From positions 1 to 64,000 of the forward strand of contig JBHLON010000015.1 in assembly GCA_048940445.1 (NCBI GenBank): a stretch of 64,000 bases of DNA, given 5' to 3'. Position numbers and translations under genes: made by a program. The stretch's first letter is position 1; each line of letters begins with the position of its first letter. The notes below the pieces were generated by a model, which searched no databases, was not told the DNA's origin, and was given only the letters and a program-made list of their open reading frames with translations. Shown piece after piece: positions 38,756-49,347 of this stretch. The DNA is from Promethearchaeota archaeon. GTDB lineage: Archaea > Asgardarchaeota > Lokiarchaeia > Sigyniarchaeales > SOKP01.

Positions 38756-39910
38756 GTGAGATTTATGGTCAATATTATTTATCGCTATTATAGAAAAGGA
38801 GATGAGGAACAACTCGCAGAATTATTTAATAAAGCATTTCAAATGAATGGTTTTAGTTTTGTTAGGACGAAGAAGAACTGGAAATGGAGATATTTACAGT
38901 CACCTGACTTTGAACCAGAAATGATCCAAATTGCTGAAGATATCGATAATCATAAGATTGTTGGAATGGTCTGTGTAAATCCAATAGAAAAAATTAATAT
39001 AAATGGGGTAGACTATTTAAATGGAAATATTAATGATGTTTCTTGCCATCCAGATTATATAAAACAAGGTATATCTACAAGTCTTATGCAAAGATCAATA
39101 GAATATATGCGACAAAAAGGATGTGATATTTCTCTTTTGATTACAGATTTTAGTGGTTTTCCAAGAAAAAGGTTGTATTCAAAACTTGGGTATCAAGATT
39201 TCGATATTTCTAATAGTTATATTAGTTTCCCAAACTTTTACCAATTATTCAGAGATATGCCTTTAATTATCTTTCTTTTACCAAGTTTAATTCTTTTTTC
39301 AAGTATACCTCGCTTGATTAAGAAATTTTTTATTAGTTTAAATTCCTATAATAAAGTTTTTAGTCATATAATTGAATATGATAGTCATCACTTCAAATAT
39401 TTAGAATTTTCTGATAAGATTTTAAAACAATATTATACAGGCTATCCAATTACTAGGAAAGGATATCCTATATGGGCAAGGATTAAAGTTCCATCGAAAA
39501 GATATAAACCAACGTATATTCTAATTAAGAAAAAGAATAGAATTGTTGGGGGTGCTATTTTGACCCATGTTAATTTATATCATTTCAAATATGGGCTAAA
39601 ATTACGAATTGGAATAATTCATGAACTTTTTCTAAATCCCAGCCAATTAAATAATAAAAAAGAACTATCCTTTGCTCATGACTATCTAATCGACAAAATC
39701 TTGAAGGCTGCAACTTATAGATCAGTTGGATTATTATTAATCAATCCCAATAGTGATAATTTTCTATTAAAGAAAAGCTTGAAAGAATACAATTTCTTTA
39801 AATTCCAAGATTTGAGCCTTATGATATTGAAATTGAAAACTAATTTGGCACTTTCTAAACCTAAGAAATTTTTTTTCATACCCACGTATTTATCCTTAGG
39901 TTTTCCTTAA
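38756..39910 (+). CDS. GNAT-family acetyltransferase (tandem GNAT, Eis-like length)
   Basis: DVSCHPDYIKQGISTSLM, LYSKLGY. Confidence 0.8.
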   Translation: MRFMVNIIYRYYRKGDEEQLAELFNKAFQMNGFSFVRTKKNWKWRYLQSPDFEPEMIQIAEDIDNHKIVGMVCVNPIEKININGVDYLNGNINDVSCHPDYIKQGISTSLMQRSIEYMRQKGCDISLLITDFSGFPRKRLYSKLGYQDFDISNSYISFPNFYQLFRDMPLIIFLLPSLILFSSIPRLIKKFFISLNSYNKVFSHIIEYDSHHFKYLEFSDKILKQYYTGYPITRKGYPIWARIKVPSKRYKPTYILIKKKNRIVGGAILTHVNLYHFKYGLKLRIGIIHELFLNPSQLNNKKELSFAHDYLIDKILKAATYRSVGLLLINPNSDNFLLKKSLKEYNFFKFQDLSLMILKLKTNLALSKPKKFFFIPTYLSLGFP

Positions 39911-40046
39911 GAATTCTTCAAATTCATGCTAAATTTCTTAATAATAATAAATGAGAATTATTAAGAATCTTTTAAATTGAAAATTGGAGTTTTTTATAGT
40001 TCGTTTAACCTTGAATAGTAGGGAACAATGAAAAGATGATTTATAA

Positions 40047-40331
40047 ATGAGTAAAATTACTAAATGGAAATATAATGACATTTATGAAAGTCAGTTGCGG
40101 AGAGAAAAATTAGTCGATCTCCTCCTAAGTGAAATTATTTTCATTAAAAAAGAAATTAAAAAATATAATATAAAAGACGAGAAGAATAAAGTTAAAAAAG
40201 CCTTGAAAAAACTTGAGTATCTCTTAAATCTCTTGAAAGATAATGATAATAACTTGTCAGATTCAGATTTTCATAAGATAATTTTATTTATTCGTGGGAT
40301 ATTTAAGGATATCGTCGATAATATAGAATAA
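40047..40331 (+). CDS. Hypothetical protein
   Basis: 94-aa ATG ORF, helical. Confidence 0.5.
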   Translation: MSKITKWKYNDIYESQLRREKLVDLLLSEIIFIKKEIKKYNIKDEKNKVKKALKKLEYLLNLLKDNDNNLSDSDFHKIILFIRGIFKDIVDNIE

Positions 40332-40376
40332 TTTTCTTTTAAAAGAAAAATAAAAAATTGATAATTTGAATTAATA

Positions 40377-41318
40377 TTACATTTTAATCATATCTCCTAA
40401 CAGACCCATTAAGTTTTCCTTCTTTGGTGCTTCCTTCATCAGCTCCTTTATCCTATCTGCGATCTGTTGTGGAGTAAATGGTTTGTGATCATTCTTTATT
40501 TGATTAACAGTATGCCATCCTTGGAATAACATAACACGATCTCCAACTACTCGAAATACTTCTCCACTTATCTTTTTAGCATCATCTGATGCCAGAAAGA
40601 CTACCATTGGTGCCACATTTGATGGATGAAACACATCAAACCCAATTTCATCAAGTTTTTTCATAAATGCAGCCGTTTGAGGAGTAGCATCTACAGTTAA
40701 ACGAGTACGTGCTAAAGGAACAATACAATTAACCGTAGCATACTTTTTCAATTCCATAGCAGAAATAATTGTAAAAGCTGCTATACCAGCTTTAGCTGCT
40801 CCATAATTGGATTGCCCCATGTTCCCTAATAATCCAGCATCGGATGCTGTGTTTATGACTCTTCCAAAATTACCTAGTGATTCATCTTCTTTACCTTTTT
40901 CCCTAAAATAAGCTGATGCATGACGCGTCATATTAAAAGTACCTTTTAAATGAACTCCAATGACATCATTAAATTCAGCCTCTGTCATATTAAAGAGCAT
41001 ACGGTCTCTCAGGATTCCAGCATTATTAACTAAAATATCTAGTTTACCAAATTCAGCAATAGCCTGATCGATCATTGCTTTAGCTCTATTAAAGTCAGTT
41101 ACTGAATCGTAATTAGCTACCGCTTTAACGCCTAATTTTTTCATTTCCTCTACTACTTGATCCGCTACCTTGGTTTCTGCTCCTGAACCATCAAAACCAG
41201 CACCAAGATCATTTATTAGTAGATTACAGCCTTCTTTAGCAAAAGCTGTTGCTTCTTCATGACCTAGTCCTCGCCCAGCACCAGTAATTATGGCAACTTT
41301 ACCATCTAACATTCCCAT
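40377..41318 (-). CDS. Short-chain dehydrogenase/reductase (hydroxyacyl-CoA dehydrogenase/MFE-2-like)
   Basis: TGAGRGLG, INDLG, VNNAGILRD, GQSNYGAAK. Confidence 0.9.
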   Translation of the reverse strand: MGMLDGKVAIITGAGRGLGHEEATAFAKEGCNLLINDLGAGFDGSGAETKVADQVVEEMKKLGVKAVANYDSVTDFNRAKAMIDQAIAEFGKLDILVNNAGILRDRMLFNMTEAEFNDVIGVHLKGTFNMTRHASAYFREKGKEDESLGNFGRVINTASDAGLLGNMGQSNYGAAKAGIAAFTIISAMELKKYATVNCIVPLARTRLTVDATPQTAAFMKKLDEIGFDVFHPSNVAPMVVFLASDDAKKISGEVFRVVGDRVMLFQGWHTVNQIKNDHKPFTPQQIADRIKELMKEAPKKENLMGLLGDMIKM

Positions 41319-41462
41319 TTTTTAAATTCAACTCATTTTTTAATTATTTGATTATATTTTTCTAATTTGTTATAATTAGATTTCAATTTCAAAACTTAAA
41401 AAATTTTAAGAATTTTAAATTCTACTTTATTAAAATTTTGTAAACTAAAACAAAATTTACTT

Positions 41463-41969
41463 ATGGAAACAATTACTCATTGTTTTGCTGGAATAATTTG
41501 CCAAATAATTTGTTTTAATTACTTTTTTTTTCCTCTAAATATAATTTTAACAATAATTATAGCAATAGCTTCTCACATAGTAATTGATATATTTGCACGA
41601 AGTACATATCATATGCCAGAACCACAATGGAAAGATAAATTTTGGATTACATGGCAAATAATAACACGTATTAGTGCTGTCATTGTAATTGTTTTCTTCT
41701 TTTTTCCTTTCTGGTTAGGTATGTTATTTGCCAAATTTCCAGACATTGTAGATTGGCGAATCCTAAGAGCGATTCAAAGAAGAATCTATAAAAAGAATTC
41801 TAGTTCAAATAGGGGCTTTATACTAATTTTTCATCCTTTCAAAGATTGGGTAAGCAACAAATTTTTCTTTTGGCTCCCTGATTTAAATCAGAAAAAATAT
41901 GGAATAATTATAGAAATAATATTCATAATAGTGTTGTATATAATCATTTATTTTTTATTTTACTTCTAA
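41463..41969 (+). CDS. Membrane protein (metal-dependent hydrolase-like His motifs)
   Basis: Hydrophobic segments; TH, SH..ID and PD motifs. Confidence 0.55.
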   Translation: METITHCFAGIICQIICFNYFFFPLNIILTIIIAIASHIVIDIFARSTYHMPEPQWKDKFWITWQIITRISAVIVIVFFFFPFWLGMLFAKFPDIVDWRILRAIQRRIYKKNSSSNRGFILIFHPFKDWVSNKFFFWLPDLNQKKYGIIIEIIFIIVLYIIIYFLFYF

Positions 41970-42361
41970 ATAATGATATCATTGAAATTCTTAAACCAAA
42001 ACAAATGACTTATACAGTTACAATCTGATGACCCAAAATCTTTGATGTAACCTTCAGAATTGGCTAAAAGGTCTCTTGCTATTATACATTCTAAAGCTGT
42101 TATTGATGGAATAAGATATACTTTTGTAACCTTAGTAAATGTATCTGCTAATAGATAGTCTATATGCCAGTGGACTCTTTTTGAATTAGAATTTGATAAA
42201 TGCCTTTTTACCCGATTTAATAATGTACTAGAGCCTTTTTCTCCCATTGCAGAGCCTACGTAAAGATAAAAACCTTTAGAGAACAGAATTGCTCCCAATG
42301 AGCCTATTTTGATACTTCTTTCTTTTTCAAGAAAGATTATTAGTAGATATGAACCTTTCAT
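41966..42361 (-). CDS. DUF123 / GIY-YIG (Uri) family endonuclease
   Basis: GSYLL, YLYVGSA, RVKRH, HWHIDYL, FGSSDCNCISHL. Confidence 0.9.
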   Translation of the reverse strand: MKGSYLLIIFLEKERSIKIGSLGAILFSKGFYLYVGSAMGEKGSSTLLNRVKRHLSNSNSKRVHWHIDYLLADTFTKVTKVYLIPSITALECIIARDLLANSEGYIKDFGSSDCNCISHLFWFKNFNDIII

Positions 42362-42561
42362 TTGTTACATTCTTTCTTATGATCATAATAACATCCATCA
42401 CAGAAATAGTCTCCACATTTCCTGCATACATTCGCACAATTATCACATAATGGATTAAAACATTCTGAGCATTCATACATAATTCCTTCAGGTGCTTCTT
42501 CCCCGCAATTTTCACATAAAACTTTATTCAGCTTAATCACTTGCAAGATATATGTATACAT
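42358..42561 (-). CDS. Small Cys-rich zinc-finger protein
   Basis: CENC, CSEC, CDNC, CRKC, CDGC, H...C in about 55 aa; exact start uncertain. Confidence 0.7.
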   Translation of the reverse strand: MYTYILQVIKLNKVLCENCGEEAPEGIMYECSECFNPLCDNCANVCRKCGDYFCDGCYYDHKKECNK

Positions 42562-42633
42562 AATTCAACAATTAAAAATTTTAAAAAATCTTTATTATTA
42601 GTTAATTAAGTCTTAAAAATTCATGATAATATT

Positions 42634-43773
42634 ATGAATAATTTATTCTTCACAGAAAAGCACTATAAATTACAAGATAATTTAAATATATTTTTAGCAA
42701 AAGAGTTAGAACCTATTAAGAACAATTTAAATGGTCAAAACAAAGTTCCTATTTCTCTAATTCAAAAAATAGGAAAAGAAGGATACTTTGGACCTTTAAT
42801 CCCTAAAGTTTATGGTGGAACGGAATTAGGATTAATTGCGCATTGTGAAATTACTGAAGAGATCTCAAAATTTAATGTAGCAGTATCAGTTACTAGGACA
42901 CCCTGTATTCTAGATGGATATCTTTTAAATAAATACGGAAGTCAAAAACAAAAAGAGACGTTCTTACCTAAAATCGCAACAGGTGAAAAATTATGTAGTA
43001 TCTGTGTTACAGAAGATGAAGCCGGTTCAAATGTAGCTGGAATAAAAACAAAAGCAGAAAAATCTGGAAATAACTATATTTTGAATGGCTCTAAAAAGTT
43101 TATCACAAACGCTGGTATCGCAGATTATTATTTCATTTGGTGCGTTACTAATCCAATTGTAAATCCTCGAAATGGTATGAGTGTGTTTATAGTTGAAAAT
43201 GATACCCCCGGGTTATCTATTGAAAATCCATATGAATTAATGGGAATAAATGGAGTTTATAATGGTATTATTCATCTAGATAATGTAAAAGTCTCTGAGG
43301 AGAATCTTATTGGAGAAGAAGGAATAGGGTTTCAAAGCTTAATGGATACTTTCAATATAGAACGCTTAACCTTAAGTTCCGAATGTAATGGAATATCATT
43401 AGCAGCTTTAGAAGATTCTAAAAACTACGCTAAAAATCGGATTCAATTTAACAAGCCTATTTCCACCTTCCAACTTATTAGAATTAAGATTGCTGAGATG
43501 GTTACTAAGCTTCAAGCTGCAAGATTGTTAACTTATAGTGCTGCAGCATTAAAAAACAAACAAGATATTACCAAAGAAGCCTCAATGGCAAAAACTTTTA
43601 GTAGTAAGACAGCATTAGAGATTACATCAGAAGCAGTCCAAATTCATGGAGGGGATGGATATACTAATACCTATTCTGTCGAGAGATATATGAGGGATGC
43701 TAAATTCTTTCAAATTGGTGGTGGGACAACAGAGATACAAAATCTTATTATTGCACGGGAAGAATTAAAATAA
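42634..43773 (+). CDS. Acyl-CoA dehydrogenase
   Basis: VTEDEAGSNV, LNGSKKFITNAG, RIQFNKPI, AVQIHGGDGY, RDAK..QIGGGT.EIQ. Confidence 0.95.
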   Translation: MNNLFFTEKHYKLQDNLNIFLAKELEPIKNNLNGQNKVPISLIQKIGKEGYFGPLIPKVYGGTELGLIAHCEITEEISKFNVAVSVTRTPCILDGYLLNKYGSQKQKETFLPKIATGEKLCSICVTEDEAGSNVAGIKTKAEKSGNNYILNGSKKFITNAGIADYYFIWCVTNPIVNPRNGMSVFIVENDTPGLSIENPYELMGINGVYNGIIHLDNVKVSEENLIGEEGIGFQSLMDTFNIERLTLSSECNGISLAALEDSKNYAKNRIQFNKPISTFQLIRIKIAEMVTKLQAARLLTYSAAALKNKQDITKEASMAKTFSSKTALEITSEAVQIHGGDGYTNTYSVERYMRDAKFFQIGGGTTEIQNLIIAREELK

Positions 43774-43797
43774 ATCTGATTTTATTAATTAGGTAAA

Positions 43798-44943
43798 TTA
43801 AAACCACTTATTACGCCAGTATATTACAGTGGTATGGTGAATTTTTATACCATATTGATTTTTATGTATGTTCGCAATCTCTTGAAGTGTATATTTTGGG
43901 AGTAAGTCTTTTAGTTCTTCTTTAGAGAATTTAAACCGTTTTCTTCCATATTTTCCACTTAATTGCCTTTCAATTTGAGACACTGAAACAAAATCACGCT
44001 TTCTTGGTAAACTTTTATCGAAATTAACAATTATATTATTATATAAAGTAAAACCTAAGCTTAAATCATAAGTTATAGATAGATTACCATCTTTCTTGCA
44101 TTGTCTTTTCTCACGTATTAAATAATCGAGTTTAAATTTAGATTTTATATCCTCTATAAACAATTTGCTATTTGAAAATATACTTATTTCTGTTATCTTT
44201 CCACATTTATTATGTTGAATAGAACCATCACCGTCGTAGAATCCTAAAAGGAAAGCTAAATCAAACTCTTTATTATTAAGCTTAGGAAATCTTAATTTAT
44301 CAGCCTTCTTTCCTACAGGAAAGCCATGAATCATTAATTTTTCAGCAAATAAACGATTCTTTATTCTGACTCTATATATACGAGAATAATATGGTTCTCT
44401 ATTCTTATTATATTTAGTTCTCTTATAATATTCTACTCTTTTAGGATTGAATCCAATATCCTCAATAAATCTCTTAATTAAAATACCATCTTTAACATCG
44501 ATTTGCACACTTACTACTAACTGGCCATCTTTCTTTTTGTATATGTTTCCTTCTGCAAAAAGCCACCCTAACCAATAAGCCTTCTCCTTGCTACTAATAA
44601 TTTCAAAATATTTCAATTGGAGATTTGGATTCTTTTTAAAAATATAATTTCTATTTGAAGGTAAATCGTTATATCTACTATACTTATTAATAACTTCTTC
44701 AATCTTAGATGAATAACAATTATTAACCTTTAAAGCATTGATCCAATTAGATACTAATTCTTTAGTAAGTAAATATTGAGGATTGTCTTTACTATAAACT
44801 AGTTTACGTGTGATATGAGATTTATGTTGATTTAATATCTGAACAGATAAATCTTCTTGACTTATATGTCGTCCAAGTAAAGAATCTATTCTCTTAAGTA
44901 AATCTTTTATAAAGTTCAGAGTAGTATAAATCTCTTTTCTCAT
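43798..44943 (-). CDS. Free-standing double-motif LAGLIDADG homing-endonuclease-like protein with a C-terminal HTH
   Basis: AYWLGWLFAEGNI and AFLLGFYDGDGSI; C-terminal TLQEIA...IHHTTVIYW. Confidence 0.8.
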   Translation of the reverse strand: MRKEIYTTLNFIKDLLKRIDSLLGRHISQEDLSVQILNQHKSHITRKLVYSKDNPQYLLTKELVSNWINALKVNNCYSSKIEEVINKYSRYNDLPSNRNYIFKKNPNLQLKYFEIISSKEKAYWLGWLFAEGNIYKKKDGQLVVSVQIDVKDGILIKRFIEDIGFNPKRVEYYKRTKYNKNREPYYSRIYRVRIKNRLFAEKLMIHGFPVGKKADKLRFPKLNNKEFDLAFLLGFYDGDGSIQHNKCGKITEISIFSNSKLFIEDIKSKFKLDYLIREKRQCKKDGNLSITYDLSLGFTLYNNIIVNFDKSLPRKRDFVSVSQIERQLSGKYGRKRFKFSKEELKDLLPKYTLQEIANIHKNQYGIKIHHTTVIYWRNKWF

Positions 44944-45072
44944 TGAATTTACTTTAGAATTATTGGTTTTTAATTGCCTTAAGATTAGTATAACAATTAT
45001 TTAAGGAATAAGAATATTTATCATTTAAGAGATTGATGATTTATTATTTTTCCAGGCAATAATTAAAATAAT

Positions 45073-45585
45073 TTATATTTTTTTTAGAAATTTTTCCATA
45101 AATAACTCGTCTTCATAAGTATTATCAATCTTTATTTGTCGTTCTAAATCTCCTTTAATAATAAATCCTAAATTTTGATAAAATTGAATTGCTTGTTTAT
45201 TTCTTTTTCTTATGTAAATTACTATTTTTTCATAATGTTTTACACGAGCAAATTCAAAAGTTTGATTTGCCAAAGAATTACCAATATCCTTTCTTCTATA
45301 TTCAGGAAGTATAAAAGTACCAATAGTACCAACATGGGATGTAGAAGTTAATACTCTAGACCAAAGATCTAAGGTTTGAAAGCCAACAACTTTGCCCTCG
45401 ACTTCTGCTATGAAAACTATTTCTCGTTCAGAAAGTGATAAAAGATATTCTCTTTCTTGTTGGGGTGTAAAAGGTTTCTCAACTGCAGAATAGACTTTTT
45501 CAGCACAGATCACTTTCCAAATGTTTGAAATACTTTCAGCATCATTTTCAGAAGCTTTACGTATTTTAATATTCAAAGATATCAC
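45073..45585 (-). CDS. GNAT-family acetyltransferase
   Basis: FILPEYRRKDIG, NKQAIQFYQNLGF. Confidence 0.9.
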   Translation of the reverse strand: MISLNIKIRKASENDAESISNIWKVICAEKVYSAVEKPFTPQQEREYLLSLSEREIVFIAEVEGKVVGFQTLDLWSRVLTSTSHVGTIGTFILPEYRRKDIGNSLANQTFEFARVKHYEKIVIYIRKRNKQAIQFYQNLGFIIKGDLERQIKIDNTYEDELFMEKFLKKI

Positions 45586-45662
45586 TTAAATTAATTATCT
45601 ATTTTTTTTAAATTTACAATTTAATTAGAATCTATAAATATTTTGAAAATTAAATAAATATT

Positions 45663-46577
45663 ATGGAGAAAATGGAAAATGTTTTAGAAAACGTTGCAAT
45701 AATAGGAACTGGAGTTTTAGGAACACAGATTTCTATGATTGCTGCATATAATGGTTATAAAGTTAGGATTTATGATGTGAATCAAGATTCTTTTGCCCAG
45801 AATTTAAAGACACTTAGAGATGAATTAAAGAGTAAAAATGTAGAACCTATCATTCCGTGGGAAAAGTGGCATGAATGTGAAAAAAGTATTAGACGAGAGA
45901 AGAGTATAGAAGAATGTATTAAAGATGCAGAGCTAGTTATTGAAGCAGTATCAGAAAAAATTGAGCTTAAGCAAGATATATTTAAAAGGATCGGAGAAAA
46001 AGCCATGCCGAATGCGATTATAGCAACAAATAGTTCATCAATACCTGTTTCCAGATTAGAAGCAAGCAGTGGAAGAGCGGAATATTGTCTTAATATTCAT
46101 TTTTATTTTCCATTACAGGGGATAAATATAGTTGATGTTATGGGAGGTACTCACACTTTGCCAGAGATATTAGAGAGAGGTGTTGAATGGGTTCGTTCTT
46201 TAAACTTTATTCCTCTTACAGTTAGAAAAGAATTATTAGGTTTTTGTTTTAATCGGGTTTGGAGAGCAATCAAGCGTGAAACTCTATATATGTGGGGAAA
46301 TGGTTTTGTCGATTTTAAGGATATCGATCGGGCATGGATGGTGTTCAATGATTCAATAGAAGGTCCTTTTGGAATTATGGATAAGGTGGGATTAGATGTG
46401 GTATATGATATAGAGATGGTGTATTATAATGATTCTAAGGATCCAAAAGATTATCCACCAGAAGCTTTATTAGAGAAGGTTAAGAAAGGAGAATTAGGGA
46501 TAAAAAAAGGTAAAGGATTTTATATATACCCAAATCCGGAATATCTTGAGTCAGATTTTTTATATTCTAAGAAATAA
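45663..46577 (+). CDS. 3-hydroxyacyl-CoA dehydrogenase family protein
   Basis: IIGTGVLG, VIEAVSE, ATNSSS, HF, GFCFNR, GPFGIMDKVGLD, G.K.GKGFY. Confidence 0.9.
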   Translation: MEKMENVLENVAIIGTGVLGTQISMIAAYNGYKVRIYDVNQDSFAQNLKTLRDELKSKNVEPIIPWEKWHECEKSIRREKSIEECIKDAELVIEAVSEKIELKQDIFKRIGEKAMPNAIIATNSSSIPVSRLEASSGRAEYCLNIHFYFPLQGINIVDVMGGTHTLPEILERGVEWVRSLNFIPLTVRKELLGFCFNRVWRAIKRETLYMWGNGFVDFKDIDRAWMVFNDSIEGPFGIMDKVGLDVVYDIEMVYYNDSKDPKDYPPEALLEKVKKGELGIKKGKGFYIYPNPEYLESDFLYSKK

Positions 46578-46606
46578 AAAGAGTAAAAACAAATATTAAT
46601 CTATTT

Positions 46607-47395
46607 TTATTTTCTAAATTCATTAAAATTAGGTTTCCTTTTTTCTATGAATGCGTTCTTTCCTTCAACAGCTTCATCTGTTCCATAATACAGAGAGAGT
46701 CCACCAACTCCTAATTGAGTAATACCTGTAGTTCCGTCGCTTTCAGCTAAAAATGCGTATTTTAACATCTTGATGGCTGTAGGGCTCTTTTCTAATATTT
46801 CTTGGCACCAGGTATTAACTTCTTCATCTAATTTTTCATATGGAACTACTGCATTTACAAGTCCCATATCTAATGCTTGTTTTGCTGTATAACGACGACA
46901 AAGGAACCAGATTTCCTTGGCACGTTTAACTCCAACGGCTCGCATTAAATCACCAGTTCCATATCCTGGATCAAAGGAACCCACCCGTGGTCCAGCTTGT
47001 CCAAATTGTGCATGTTCTGCTGCAATACTTAAATCACATGCCACATGCCATACATGACCGCCTCCAATTGCATATCCATTAACCCTTGCAATTACTGGTT
47101 TAGGCATTGTGCGTATCAAGTGTGTTACGGTTTGCCATCCTACTTCTAATGGTAACATATATTTGCCTTTATATCCTCCTTTCTCACGAGTTGTTTGATC
47201 TCCCCCAGTACAAAATGCTTTATCTCCAGCACCGGTAAAGACAATTACACCAATTTCGGGATCCATGCACTGATTTAAAGCATCGATTAGTTCATAAAGA
47301 GTGTGTTGTCTACATGCATTATATCGTTGAGGTCTATTTATTGTAATACGAGCAACCCTATCTTTCTTTTCAAAAATAATATCTTCATATTCCAT
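46607..47395 (-). CDS. Crotonase-family enzyme of the MenB (DHNA-CoA synthase)/BadI clade
   Basis: AFCTGGDQ, GYAIGGGH, FGQAGPRVGSFDPGYG, KRAKEIWFLCRRY, LYYGTDEAVEG..AF.EKR.P.F. Confidence 0.85.
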   Translation of the reverse strand: MEYEDIIFEKKDRVARITINRPQRYNACRQHTLYELIDALNQCMDPEIGVIVFTGAGDKAFCTGGDQTTREKGGYKGKYMLPLEVGWQTVTHLIRTMPKPVIARVNGYAIGGGHVWHVACDLSIAAEHAQFGQAGPRVGSFDPGYGTGDLMRAVGVKRAKEIWFLCRRYTAKQALDMGLVNAVVPYEKLDEEVNTWCQEILEKSPTAIKMLKYAFLAESDGTTGITQLGVGGLSLYYGTDEAVEGKNAFIEKRKPNFNEFRK

Positions 47396-47510
47396 TCTAT
47401 ATCATCTTCACATATCAATAAATTGTTAAAATGTAATTAATCAATTAAAATGAATAAAATATATTTAAAGCAATCTCTATATCTTCTAAATTGAAAATGT
47501 AAAAATGATT

Positions 47511-48005
47511 TTATAGCATTTTACAGAGCGTATACCATTTTAATTCCTTATTATATTCTGCTTTATAGCCACGTTTACGACAAATAGATAATGCAGCAGG
47601 ATTATCAGTGTAATATACTATCCTTTTATAGCCCAGACGTAGTAGAAAATCTTCAAAAAAATCAAAAAACTGCTTTCCATAACCTTTACCTCTATATTTT
47701 TTCTTTAACCAAAGCTCATGCAACTCTATTATTTCTTTATTCGTACCAATTAATTTTTCTAGTATTTTTCTATCACTTTCACTGCGTTCTGATCCTTTTC
47801 TATGTTCATTAGTAGATGATTCATGCCATATTGCCCATCCAATCAACTCTTGATTTTCTATCCAAACAATTAGATGAGAAGGGTCTTCCTTGACAATCAT
47901 TTCTTCTGCATCATCGAATATTGCAATATTCTGAAGAAGCTCATTTCTCAATTCAATCAGGCTAATTCCAAATTTTTCTAAATTAAAACCAACTATAAAT
48001 TCCAT
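47511..48005 (-). CDS. GNAT-family acetyltransferase
   Basis: ELWLKKKYRGKGYGK. The in-frame ATG at 48005 avoids overlap with the upstream gene. Confidence 0.8.
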   Translation of the reverse strand: MEFIVGFNLEKFGISLIELRNELLQNIAIFDDAEEMIVKEDPSHLIVWIENQELIGWAIWHESSTNEHRKGSERSESDRKILEKLIGTNKEIIELHELWLKKKYRGKGYGKQFFDFFEDFLLRLGYKRIVYYTDNPAALSICRKRGYKAEYNKELKWYTLCKML

Positions 48006-48063
48006 TTGCCATTTAAAGGATAATTTTATTTTATATAATAGAAAAAGATGGGTTCTTGAGTAA

Positions 48064-49248
48064 TTACTTAAATGGATATAAGTTAGTAAAAGAACTACAT
48101 CCTTTCCCAATTTCTGGAGTTAATCTCCCTGTTATTCGAAATACTATTCCTTCTCTCCCACATTCAGAACATCTATTAAAGTTTATTATTTCTATTATAT
48201 CATCAAGCATGACAGCAACACCAGCATAAGATTCCACACCATAGGGAGTTAACACTTCTAAGATTCCAGGTTCATTTACTTTTTTTATTCTCTCTAGAAA
48301 ATTTAAGTCTCGAATAATCACTTGGGCTTCATTTTTCTCTAGATGGAATACAAAATCTTCATACTTTTTGCTCCAATGACCACCACAAGCAATAGGAATC
48401 TCAGTTGCTCCATAATTATCTGTAATGTTCTCATAAGGAATGTTGAAGAATTCTGAGACAAATTCCATAAATTCTGCTTTATTTATTTTATATCCAAGTT
48501 TTACTCTTCCTTTAACTCCGTCCCAGCCACCTCCTCCAAGCTGAACCCTAAAGGTTTCTGGCATACTAAAGCCTTCTTTATGATGCTTAAAATAATCCTT
48601 AAAATTTTGGTACATTAAAGGTGCGGAATTAGCGATTAATGTAGGAATCTTCTTACGTTCCACTTCTTTAAGGCATTTCTCCATTAATTTTCCATCAATT
48701 TCTATGAATGCTTTCTTTTTAAAATGACTAATCATATGCAATAATGCTTTAGCAAGTTTGAACTTTAAAAGATATTCTATTTTGTACCCATTCCAGATAT
48801 CAGTAATATCTCGATAAAAAAGAAAGCCTCTCTTTCCATACCATGAACCAGGCATTTTATTCATAAATGCTAAAGAAGGAGCAAATAGGATCAATTGTTT
48901 GATTGATTCCATATTGGCATAATCTTCAAATACTCTTCGATAATTTTCTTTAAACAGATCAATATCTTCAGGACCTCTACCTACTAAACTTGGATCACCG
49001 GTTGTTGATGAACTTATTGTCCAATAAGATAGTTGGTTATACGGAATTCGTAATAATTCGGGAAACTTTCCTAAAGATTCTTTAAAATAATTCCAATTAA
49101 CATAAGGGACTTCTTCGAGATTTGACTCTTTAATAGTTTGATCAAAATCATATTCTTGATTTTCACAGATCTGTTTATAAAATTTGCAATCTTTAGAAGT
49201 TTCTTCAACTTCATTTTGTAAATCAGTAAATAGTATTTCTGAAGCCAT
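48064..49248 (-). CDS. LuxE-like acyl-protein synthetase (PaaK/LuxE adenylating family)
   Basis: SSSTTGDPS, GGGW, DNYGATE, GRL....KGCS (LuxE acyl-accepting Cys region). Confidence 0.75.
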   Translation of the reverse strand: MASEILFTDLQNEVEETSKDCKFYKQICENQEYDFDQTIKESNLEEVPYVNWNYFKESLGKFPELLRIPYNQLSYWTISSSTTGDPSLVGRGPEDIDLFKENYRRVFEDYANMESIKQLILFAPSLAFMNKMPGSWYGKRGFLFYRDITDIWNGYKIEYLLKFKLAKALLHMISHFKKKAFIEIDGKLMEKCLKEVERKKIPTLIANSAPLMYQNFKDYFKHHKEGFSMPETFRVQLGGGGWDGVKGRVKLGYKINKAEFMEFVSEFFNIPYENITDNYGATEIPIACGGHWSKKYEDFVFHLEKNEAQVIIRDLNFLERIKKVNEPGILEVLTPYGVESYAGVAVMLDDIIEIINFNRCSECGREGIVFRITGRLTPEIGKGCSSFTNLYPFK

Positions 49249-49347
49249 AATAATTACCTCATTTTCTTATGTATATTATAGTAAATTTAAATTTAATTGT
49301 GAGAGTAAATAAAAAATTAATTTAAAAATTATAGGTATTTGTTGATT

